From: Alphaproteobacteria bacterium
GTDB taxonomy: Bacteria; Pseudomonadota; Alphaproteobacteria; Rhodobacterales; Rhodobacteraceae
NCBI GenBank assembly: GCA_030429495.1
Contig: JAUIFH010000012.1
Coordinates: 1,896-65,895, forward strand
DNA: 64,000 bases
Direction: 5' to 3'
A model generated the notes under the pieces. It was not told where the DNA came from and ran no database searches. It saw only the letters and a program-made list of their open reading frames with translations. This document shows, piece by piece, positions 56,693 through 64,000 of the stretch (positions within the stretch are counted from its first letter, which is position 1; every line of letters starts with the position of its first letter). Position numbers and translations under genes: made by a program.

Positions 56693-58471
56693 TTAGAACG
56701 CCTCCGCCGGCAGTGTCATCACGAGGTCGGCACCCGACTGGATGCGGGCGAGATGGGTCGCGGTCATCGGCAACTGCCGCGCCATGTAGTAGCGCCCGGT
56801 GGCGAGCTTCGTCTCGTAGAACGCGCGGTCCGATGCGCCGCCGGCGAGCGCGGCCAGCGCGACCTTGCCCGAGCGTGCCCACATCAGCCCGAGGCAGACA
56901 TGGCCGAAGAGATGCATGAAATCGTAGGAACCGGCGAGTGCGGCATTGGGGTTCTTCATGCCGTTCTGCATGAAGAACATGCCCGCCGCCTGAAGGTCCT
57001 TCGACGCGGCCTTGAGGGGCTCGAGGAAGTCCTTCTTCAGCGCTTCGTCGCCCTCGTTCTCCTTGATGAAGCTTTTCACCATCTCGAAGAAGGCCATGAC
57101 GTGCTTGCCGCCGTCCTGCGCCAGCTTGCGACCCACGAGATCGAGCGCCTGCACGCCGTTCGCGCCTTCATAGATCATGGTGATCCGGGCATCGCGGGCG
57201 AACTGCGACATGCCCCATTCCTCGATATAGCCGTGGCCGCCATAGACCTGTTGGGCGTTCACTGCCGTCTCGAACCCCTTGTCGGTCAGGAAGCCCTTGA
57301 TGACCGGGGTCATCAGCGAAATCAGCCCCTCGGCGTCCTTGTCGCCGGACCGGTGCGCCCGGTCGATCAGCGTCGCGCCCCAGAAGGTGAAGGCGCGGGC
57401 GCCCTCGACGAAGCTCTTCTGGTCCATCAGATTGCGGCGGATGTCGGGGTGGACGATCAGCGGATCAGCCGGCCCCGAGGGGTTTTCCGTTCCGGTCACC
57501 GCGCGGCCCTGAAGCCGGTCCTTGGCATAGGCGACCGCGTTCTGATAGGCGGCCTCGCCCTGGGCATAGCCTTGCAGACCGACGCCGAGGCGGGCTTCGT
57601 TCATCATCGTGAACATGGCGCGCATGCCCTTGTGCATCTCGCCGATCAGGAACCCGGTCGCGCCGTCATAGTTCATCACGCAGGTCGAATTGGCGTGGAT
57701 GCCCATCTTCTCTTCGATCTTGCCGACCGAGACGGCGTTCCGCTGTCCGAGCGCGCCGTCCGCGTTCACCATGAACTTCGGCACGATGAAGAGCGAGATG
57801 CCCTTGGTGCCCTCGCCGCCGCCGGGGGCCTTGGCCAGCACCAGGTGGATGACGTTCTCGCTCATGTCGTGATCGCCGGCCGAGATGAATATCTTCTGGC
57901 CGGTGATCTTGTAGCTGCCATCCGCCTGCGGTTCCGCCTTGGTGCGGATCTGGCCGAGATCGGTGCCGCAATGCGGTTCGGTCAGGTTCATCGTGCCGGT
58001 CCAGTCGAGCGCGACCATCTTCGGCAGATAGGTCTCTTTCTGTTCGTCCGAGCCGTGGGCGAGGATCGCCGAGATCGCGCCGTGGGTCAGGCCTTGGTAC
58101 ATGTTGAAGGCCATGTTGGCGGAGACGAAGATCTCACCCACCGCCGTGCCCACGATATAGGGCAGGTTCTGCCCACCATACGCTTCCGGCAGGTCGAGAC
58201 CGTTCCAGCCGCCTTCCTTCATCGCCTCGAAGGCGTCCTTGAAGCCCTTCGGCGTATAGACCACGCCGTTTTCCAGCCGGCAGCCTTCCTGATCGCCCGA
58301 GGCGTTCAGCGGCGCGAGCACGTCGCGGGCGATCTTGCCCGCCTCTTCAAGAATTGCCGATGTGAAGTCGGGGTCCAGATCCGCATAGCCCGGCACGTCG
58401 CTGTTCGGAATGTCCAGAACCTCGTTCAGAACGAATTGCATGTCGCGGGTCGGCGCCGTGTAGCTGGGCAT
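56693..58471 (-). CDS. Acyl-CoA dehydrogenase (DmdC/FadE-like, about 590 aa)
   Basis: [40 protein letters not shown]. Confidence 0.93.
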   Translation of the reverse strand: MPSYTAPTRDMQFVLNEVLDIPNSDVPGYADLDPDFTSAILEEAGKIARDVLAPLNASGDQEGCRLENGVVYTPKGFKDAFEAMKEGGWNGLDLPEAYGGQNLPYIVGTAVGEIFVSANMAFNMYQGLTHGAISAILAHGSDEQKETYLPKMVALDWTGTMNLTEPHCGTDLGQIRTKAEPQADGSYKITGQKIFISAGDHDMSENVIHLVLAKAPGGGEGTKGISLFIVPKFMVNADGALGQRNAVSVGKIEEKMGIHANSTCVMNYDGATGFLIGEMHKGMRAMFTMMNEARLGVGLQGYAQGEAAYQNAVAYAKDRLQGRAVTGTENPSGPADPLIVHPDIRRNLMDQKSFVEGARAFTFWGATLIDRAHRSGDKDAEGLISLMTPVIKGFLTDKGFETAVNAQQVYGGHGYIEEWGMSQFARDARITMIYEGANGVQALDLVGRKLAQDGGKHVMAFFEMVKSFIKENEGDEALKKDFLEPLKAASKDLQAAGMFFMQNGMKNPNAALAGSYDFMHLFGHVCLGLMWARSGKVALAALAGGASDRAFYETKLATGRYYMARQLPMTATHLARIQSGADLVMTLPAEAF

Positions 58472-58495
58472 GGTATGGTTCTCCCTAGAAGTCTG

Positions 58496-58888
58496 TCAGG
58501 CGGTTTGCGTGGTCTTCCCGGCGAGGACACCCTCGCCAAGTGCGATCTGGTCGGTCAGCTCTGCGATCGCCGCGTCAAGCTCGTCGCGCTGCTGCCGCAT
58601 CGAGTCGAGGCGGTTCCGGGCGAGATCGAGTGTGCGGCTGATCTGGGTCTGCTGCTGGTCGTCGATATCGTACAGGTCGAGAAGCTGGCGGATCTCCTCA
58701 AGGCTGAAGCCGAAGCGCTTGCCGCGCAGGATCAGTTTCAGCCGCCCGCGGTCGCGGCGCGTGTAGTGCCGTTTCTGCCCGGCGCGGATCGGTGACAACA
58801 GCTCCTTGGCCTCATAGAAGCGAAGCGTGCGCGGTGTCACGTCGAAGGCGTCGCACATTTCGCGGATCGTCATGGTTTGCTCACTCAT
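58496..58888 (-). CDS. MerR-family regulator (LiuR-like)
   Basis: TIREMCDAFDVTPRTLRFYE, RGKRFGFSLEEI. Confidence 0.9.
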   Translation of the reverse strand: MSEQTMTIREMCDAFDVTPRTLRFYEAKELLSPIRAGQKRHYTRRDRGRLKLILRGKRFGFSLEEIRQLLDLYDIDDQQQTQISRTLDLARNRLDSMRQQRDELDAAIAELTDQIALGEGVLAGKTTQTA

Positions 58889-58908
58889 ACCCATACCCTC
58901 CATGCGTG

Positions 58909-59036
58909 TCGTAACGTCATGGCAGGGAGATTGGCGTTTCGAAGCAACCATACAAGCGAAGTTGACGTGCACGTCACCGTAACGTGGCGTCACGAAAATC
59001 GTGACGTTAAGTTCCTTGCGGCTGACGCGGCGTAAG
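58909..59036. promoter_or_regulatory. Cluster of LiuR-type TGACGT-N2-ACGTCA operators
   Basis: Perfect palindrome TGACGTGCACGTCA 58963-58976 plus degenerate copies TAACGTGGCGTCA, TGACGTTAAG and TGACGCGGCGTAA. Confidence 0.7.
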
Positions 59037-59077
59037 GGAAATTTTGTTAGGGGCGGACCGCCTCGGGCCGCGGGGCA

Positions 59078-59449
59078 TCAGCCCTTCAGCGCGGCTTCGG
59101 TTTTGTCTCTCAGCGCCCGCAGATCGTCGATCGCCGCGTCGAGTTCGGCGCGCTGGCCACCGAGTTCGGCAAGCTTCCGGTCGGCAAGGTCGATCCACAC
59201 GCGATACTGCGCCTCGGTTCCTTTCTGATCGTAGAGCAGAAGCCATTGGCGAATCTCTTCCAGGCTGAAGCCGAACCGGCGTCCGCGCAGGATCAGCGTC
59301 ATCCGGGCGACTTCGCGGGGGCCGTAGAACCGCGCGCGGCCTTCCTTCTCGGGGTTGAGGAGTTCGATGTATTCGTAGTAGCGCAACGTCCGCGGTGTCA
59401 CGTCGAAGCGCGCGCACATTTCCTTGAAGCTCAGCGACTCTTCTTGCAT
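59078..59449 (-). CDS. MerR-family regulator (LiuR-like paralog)
   Basis: SFKEMCARFDVTPRTLRYYE, RGRRFGFSLEEI. Confidence 0.9.
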   Translation of the reverse strand: MQEESLSFKEMCARFDVTPRTLRYYEYIELLNPEKEGRARFYGPREVARMTLILRGRRFGFSLEEIRQWLLLYDQKGTEAQYRVWIDLADRKLAELGGQRAELDAAIDDLRALRDKTEAALKG

Positions 59450-59513
59450 CCCGATCCTCCTGCCGGAGAACCTAGTCCCATGGGCCGTGGCACACAACTC
59501 CGTTGCGCGCCGG

Positions 59514-60659
59514 TCAATTCATGAAACCGGGTGCGAAGAAGTAGAACCCGTAGGCGAGGATCAGGGCGGGCACGGTCGAGAATACCGTCGCCATGATGGC
59601 GGCGCGCGGGGCCAGCGCGATGGCGGGGAAAAGCGCGTCCCCGTCATTCGAGATGGCGTTGGCCATCAACGCCGAGAACGGGATCGCGCCGTTGACATAC
59701 AGCGTCGCAACAAGGACCTGCGGCCCGCAGCCCGGGATGAAGCCGACTGCCGCACCGATCAGCGGCAGGACCGGTGCGATACTGGTGAACAGCGCCTTGA
59801 GGTCAAGCCCGGCATAGGCCGCCGCGTAGTCGTAGACGAGATAGGCGATGATGACCCAGACCGAGATGAAGGATGTTTCCTCGGCCATCCGTGTTACCGG
59901 TCCGTCGGACGGGTCGGTCATCGCGGTCACCGGGGATACCGCCCAGATCGCAAGGCCCGTGAAGACGCCGGCCAGTGCGATCCAGGCGACGGGCAGGCCG
60001 AGAACGGTGGTGATTTCGACAGCCCCGATCTGCGCCGCCCCGACGATCAGGCCGGGAATGGCCGCAAGAAGGTAGGCATAATCGCGAAGCCGTGTCGTTC
60101 CGATCCGGGGCGCGATATCGCAGGCACCGCCCTGGGGGCGGTAGTCGGACGTGACAAATCGGTCGATGAGCCAGCCGGTCAGGACGCCGATACCGAGTTG
60201 CATCGGCAACAGAACGATGGCCGCGTCGGGCCGCGTCGCGATCAGCAGGAAGGCTGCATCGCCCATCGTCGCGGTCAGTGTCGCGACGACCGCGCCGAAG
60301 CTGACCTTGCCCGACGCATAGGCCGCGACGACGATGACCGCGCCGCCGCAGCCGGGCGTCGCGCCCAGCAGCGCCGCGATCGGAACCTGCATGGTGCGGG
60401 CCTTGCCCATCGCCTGCCCGAGATCGAAGCGGAACAGCTTTTCAGCGCCGTAGAACAGAAGGAGCGTCGCGGCGACAAAGGCCGAGACCTGTACGAAAGC
60501 ATCCTGCATCAGTTCGCGCGTCAGCGCGCCGAGATCGCCGGGTGCGACGGCCAGCGCGACGAGCGCCAGCGCGAGAAGCAGACGGCGCGGCCGGAACTGG
60601 CCGATCCGCGCTGTGGGCAATGACGGGAACGGGGTGGCGTTCAGGTCCGGGCTGTGCAT
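59514..60659 (-). CDS. Putative manganese transporter (DUF2899 / MntX-like)
   Basis: Two repeats: LGATPGCGG..ATMGDAAF and GFIPGCGPQ..ISNDGDALF. Confidence 0.8.
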   Translation of the reverse strand: MHSPDLNATPFPSLPTARIGQFRPRRLLLALALVALAVAPGDLGALTRELMQDAFVQVSAFVAATLLLFYGAEKLFRFDLGQAMGKARTMQVPIAALLGATPGCGGAVIVVAAYASGKVSFGAVVATLTATMGDAAFLLIATRPDAAIVLLPMQLGIGVLTGWLIDRFVTSDYRPQGGACDIAPRIGTTRLRDYAYLLAAIPGLIVGAAQIGAVEITTVLGLPVAWIALAGVFTGLAIWAVSPVTAMTDPSDGPVTRMAEETSFISVWVIIAYLVYDYAAAYAGLDLKALFTSIAPVLPLIGAAVGFIPGCGPQVLVATLYVNGAIPFSALMANAISNDGDALFPAIALAPRAAIMATVFSTVPALILAYGFYFFAPGFMN

Positions 60660-60670
60660 GCTGTCCTGCA

Positions 60671-60689
60671 ATTGCGAATTATTCTCATT
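60671..60689. promoter_or_regulatory. Mur/Fur-type 19-bp box directly upstream of the Mn transporter
   Basis: ATTGCGAATTATTCTCATT (reverse complement AATGAGAATAATTCGCAAT). Confidence 0.75.
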
Positions 60690-60765
60690 TGCGGAAGATA
60701 GCACTTGCGGCCAAATTGGCAAGGGCCAATAAACGCCCTCGGCGTTGGGCAGCGGAAGCGGCAGA

Positions 60766-61203
60766 ATGGACGACAGGAAGCTGAAGGCGGCACGGCAGTT
60801 TATCGAGGCGATTCCGCATTCGCGGGCGCTCGGGATGTCGCTCGACACGCTCGAGGACGGCGTGGCGGTGATCTCGATGGCCTACGACCCGCGCTTCGTC
60901 GGCGATCCGCAGACCGGCGTTATCCACGGGGGGGCGGTTTCGGCCCTGATGGACACTTGCAGCGGCGCGGCGGTGATGAGCCACCCGGTAAGTGCGGCCG
61001 GAACCGCCACCATTGACCTCAGGATCGACTACATGCGTCCGGCCCGACCCGGCGACCGGATCACGGCGCGCGCGGAATGCTACCACGTGACCCGGTCCGT
61101 CGCCTTCGTCCGCGCGACCGCCCATGACGAGGACAAGGATCGCCCCGTCGCCACCGCCACAGGGGCTTTCACCTTGGAACGCGCGCCGGAGGGCAGGTCA
61201 TGA
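60766..61203 (+). CDS. PaaI-family (hotdog) thioesterase
   Basis: IHGGAVSALMD, TIDLRIDYMRPA. Confidence 0.88.
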   Translation: MDDRKLKAARQFIEAIPHSRALGMSLDTLEDGVAVISMAYDPRFVGDPQTGVIHGGAVSALMDTCSGAAVMSHPVSAAGTATIDLRIDYMRPARPGDRITARAECYHVTRSVAFVRATAHDEDKDRPVATATGAFTLERAPEGRS

Positions 61204-61727
61204 GCCCCCGTCCGAAGCCTGAGCCGGTCCAGGTCGTGAAGGAACGTCGTGACGCCGCGCTGAATGCGCTGGTTCGCGGCGTGCCCTATATCCGGTTTCT
61301 CGGCATCGGATTTGAGCGGCGCGGCGACGAACTGACGGCAGTCCTGCCCTTCGATGAAACGCTGATCGGCAATCCGCTCTTACCAGCGATCCACGGCGGC
61401 GTTACCGCCGCGTTTCTGGAAGTCACCGCGATCATCGAATTGTCATGGTCCCTGACCTGGGAAGAGATGGAAAGCGGCCGGCTCGATCCGCGCAAGCTTG
61501 ATCCCGAGCATCTGCCAAGACTGCCGAAAACCATCGACTTTACTGTCGACTATCTGCGCACCGGTCTGCCGCGCGACGCCTATGCGCGGGCGCGGGTGAA
61601 CCGTTCGGGCCGGCGCTACGCAAGTGTCCATGTCGAGGCGTGGCAGGACAACCGCACGCGCCTTTTTGCGCAGGGAACCGGGCATTTCCTGATGCCTGAG
61701 CGACCGCTCAGGGCTTCCGATGGATGA
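61200..61727 (+). CDS. PaaI-family (hotdog) thioesterase
   Basis: GNPLLPAIHGG, TIDFTVDYLR. Confidence 0.88.
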   Translation: MSPRPKPEPVQVVKERRDAALNALVRGVPYIRFLGIGFERRGDELTAVLPFDETLIGNPLLPAIHGGVTAAFLEVTAIIELSWSLTWEEMESGRLDPRKLDPEHLPRLPKTIDFTVDYLRTGLPRDAYARARVNRSGRRYASVHVEAWQDNRTRLFAQGTGHFLMPERPLRASDG

Positions 61728-63027
61728 AATCAGCCATCGGCGCGTACTGAAGATCGCGCTGCCGATCGTCCTGTCGAACGCAACGGTTCCGCTTCTCGGC
61801 GCGGTCGATACCGGCGTCGTCGGTCAGATGGGCGAAGCCGCCCCGATCGGCGCGGTCGGCGTGGGTGCTGTGATCCTAGCCTCGATCTACTGGATCTTCA
61901 GTTTCCTGCGCATGGGCACATCAGGTCTTGTCGCGCAGGCCCACGGCGGCAAGGACCCGGCCGAGACCGGCGCGATCCTGATGCGGGCCCTGATGATTGC
62001 TGCGGCGGCGGGCGTGATGTTTATCCTGTTGCAGGGGGTGCTGTTTCGCGCCGCCTTCGCACTGGCGCCGGCCTCGGAAGAGGTGGAGTCCCTGACCCGC
62101 AACTACCTTGCGATCCGTATCTGGGGCGCGCCGGCGACCATCGCACTGTTCGCGCTCACCGGATGGCTCATCGCGGTCGAGAGGACGCGCGGCGTGCTGG
62201 TTCTGCAGTTCTGGATGAACGGGCTGAACATCGCGCTCGACTTCCTGTTCGTGCTCGGCGTCGGCTGGGGGGTCGAAGGCGTGGCCATCGCGACGTTGAT
62301 CGCGGAATGGAGCGGCCTTGCAATGGGCCTCTGGCTCTGCCGGCCGGCTTTCGCGGGCGGCCAGTGGAACGACTGGGCGCGGGTATTCGACCGTGCGCGG
62401 ATCGTGCGCATGATGAAGGTCAATGGCGACATCATGATCCGCTCCATCGGGTTGCAGGCCTCATTCACCACTTTCGTGTTCCTCGGCGCGCGTTATGGCG
62501 ACGTCACGCTGGCGGCGAACCAGGTGCTGCTGCAATTCCTTGAGATCACGGCCTTCGGGCTGGACGGCTTCGCCTTTGCGGCGGAATCGCTCGTCGGGCA
62601 GGCGGTGGGTGCGCGTTCGGCCTTGTCCGTGCGCCGCGCATCGGTCGTCGCCAGCCAGTGGGGCGTTGGCGGTTCGGTCGCGCTTGGCCTTGCATTCTGG
62701 TTCGCGGGGCCGCCGCTCATCGACCTGATGACGACGGAACCGGACGTACGCAGCGCCGCACGGTCTTTCCTGCCCTGGGTCGCGATCGCGCCGGTGATCG
62801 GCATCGCGAGCTGGATGTTCGACGGCATCTTCATCGGCGCGACCCTCTCGCGCGAGATGCGCAACACGATGCTTGCATCGGTCGTGGTCTATGTCGTCGC
62901 GCTGCTCACTCTGCCGCCGGTGCTTGGCAATCACGGGCTCTGGGCAGCGTTGATGGTCTTGAACGTGGCGCGGGGAACGACGATGGCGCTTTTCTACCGG
63001 CGGGCGGAGACGGCGGCAGCCGGTTAG
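61720..63027 (+). CDS. MATE efflux transporter (DinF-like)
   Basis: PIVLSNATVPLLGAVDT, FLRMGTSG, LDGFAFAAE. Confidence 0.9.
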   Translation: MDEISHRRVLKIALPIVLSNATVPLLGAVDTGVVGQMGEAAPIGAVGVGAVILASIYWIFSFLRMGTSGLVAQAHGGKDPAETGAILMRALMIAAAAGVMFILLQGVLFRAAFALAPASEEVESLTRNYLAIRIWGAPATIALFALTGWLIAVERTRGVLVLQFWMNGLNIALDFLFVLGVGWGVEGVAIATLIAEWSGLAMGLWLCRPAFAGGQWNDWARVFDRARIVRMMKVNGDIMIRSIGLQASFTTFVFLGARYGDVTLAANQVLLQFLEITAFGLDGFAFAAESLVGQAVGARSALSVRRASVVASQWGVGGSVALGLAFWFAGPPLIDLMTTEPDVRSAARSFLPWVAIAPVIGIASWMFDGIFIGATLSREMRNTMLASVVVYVVALLTLPPVLGNHGLWAALMVLNVARGTTMALFYRRAETAAAG

Positions 63028-63064
63028 GGGCCTCCCCGCCCGATACTTCCGAAACGGTGAAGGA

Positions 63065-63406
63065 TCAGAAGAGCGCGAGAACCGCCTCCGGCGGACGGCC
63101 GATCGCAGCCTTCCCCCCATGAATCACGACGGGCCGCTCGATCAGCGCGGGATGCGCCGCCATGGCGGCGACAAGCGCGTCGTCGTCCAGGTCCTTCCTC
63201 AGGCCAAGGTCCCGGAACAGCGCGTCACCGCTGCGCATCAGGTCCACCGCGGGAAGGTCCAGCGCGGCAAGGACGGTGCGGATCTCGGCCTCGGAGGGCG
63301 CGTCCTGAAGGTAAAGGCGAACCTCGGGCGCGACGCCGCTTTCGTGCAGCAACGCCAGCGTCTGCCGCGACTTGGAGCAGCGCGGGTTGTGCCAGATTTC
63401 GGTCAT
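63065..63406 (-). CDS. arsC: Arsenate reductase (glutaredoxin type) / ArsC family
   Basis: [21 protein letters not shown]. Confidence 0.85.
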   Translation of the reverse strand: MTEIWHNPRCSKSRQTLALLHESGVAPEVRLYLQDAPSEAEIRTVLAALDLPAVDLMRSGDALFRDLGLRKDLDDDALVAAMAAHPALIERPVVIHGGKAAIGRPPEAVLALF

Positions 63407-64000
63407 AGCCAGTCCTTTCGCCCGCTGCCCACCGCATCCGCGACTGTGGCAATGCCCTCGCGTTCCAGCCGCGCGTCGAGACCGCGCGCGATCGCGTTCA
63501 CGAGCGAGAGGCCCTGATAAACCATCGCCGAGTAGAGCTGTACCGCCGATGCACCCGCGCGGATTTTCTGCCAGGCATGTTCCGCCGAACCGATGCCGCC
63601 GACCCCGACAAGTGGCAGGCGGCCGTCGGTCAGCTGCGACAGCCGGGCAAGGACGCGGGTGGAGCGTTCGAACAGCGGCGCGCCGGAAAGACCGCCGGCC
63701 TCGCCCCGGTGGCGGCTAGTCAGGCCGTCGCGCGCAAGCGTTGTATTGGTCGCGATCACCGCGTCGATGCCGGAGGCAAGCGCGACCTCCGCGACGTCGG
63801 CAAGTTCACCTTCGCTGAGGTCAGGCGCGATCTTGAGGAAGATCGGGATCCGTCGCGCAAGTCCGTTCCGCGTGGCCAGCACCCCGGCAAGCAATGCCGA
63901 CAGGGCCGCCTTGCCCTGAAGGTCGCGCAGCTTCTCGGTATTGGGCGAGGAAACGTTGACGGTGGCGAAATCCACATGGGGCCCGCAGATGCCGAGGACC
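63403..64000 (-). CDS. pyrD: Quinone-dependent dihydroorotate dehydrogenase (5' part lies outside the window)
   Basis: [30 protein letters not shown]. Confidence 0.95.
   Translation of the reverse strand, partial: VLGICGPHVDFATVNVSSPNTEKLRDLQGKAALSALLAGVLATRNGLARRIPIFLKIAPDLSEGELADVAEVALASGIDAVIATNTTLARDGLTSRHRGEAGGLSGAPLFERSTRVLARLSQLTDGRLPLVGVGGIGSAEHAWQKIRAGASAVQLYSAMVYQGLSLVNAIARGLDARLEREGIATVADAVGSGRKDWL

Noticed and set aside
47193..58471. Acyl-CoA ligase plus acyl-CoA dehydrogenase as a DMSP demethylation (dmdB/dmdC) cluster
   Set aside because: No dmdA or dmdD, the two genes are not in one operon, and the context fits general beta-oxidation; substrate cannot be assigned from sequence alone.
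63065..63406. arsC as a sign of an arsenic-resistance island
   Set aside because: No arsR, arsB or acr3; it is coupled to pyrD in a housekeeping context.
1..64000. CRISPR arrays, tRNA/rRNA, integrases, transposases, prophage or defence genes
   Set aside because: No spaced direct-repeat array, tRNA cloverleaf or mobile-element motif was seen by eye, and almost all sequence is accounted for by metabolic genes; not verified with tools.

Overview
High-GC alphaproteobacterial chromosome segment, Rhodobacteraceae-like judging by gene content and synteny. The left 27 kb (1-26.9 kb) is an intact methylated-amine catabolic cluster. It holds a signal-peptide-less solute-binding protein, a GntR/TmoR-like regulator, two APC permeases flanked by five uncharacterised membrane genes (one a 55-aa ORF missing from the ORF track), TMAO demethylase (tdm), soxBDAG/mgdABCD, dimethylamine monooxygenase dmmDABC, mgsABC and gmaS, plus LysR, GlxA/AraC and XRE-cupin regulators. 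The cluster ends at glyA. The rest is mostly core metabolism: a CueO-like multicopper oxidase, NAD kinase, prpE, maeB, cdd-deoA-deoB-add-upp, a SPOR protein, phoX, an acyl-CoA ligase, a sulfotransferase between two DMT transporters, a MerR(LiuR)-linked beta-oxidation operon, an MntX-like transporter with a Mur box, PaaI thioesterases, MATE, arsC and a truncated pyrD. The best leads for undescribed biology are: (i) a Vibrio LuxO-like sigma54 activator coupled to a sensorless HK-REC-HPt kinase, with a candidate divergent ~100-nt sRNA placed like qrr1; (ii) a structured ~200-nt leader upstream of dmmD; (iii) the uncharacterised small-membrane-protein/APC module and the apparently cytoplasmic binding protein of the methylamine cluster; (iv) a nested inverted-repeat (REP/MITE-like) element at 56.1-56.4 kb. 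No tRNA, rRNA, CRISPR or transposase was seen. All calls come from motif reading and recall; no database search was run.
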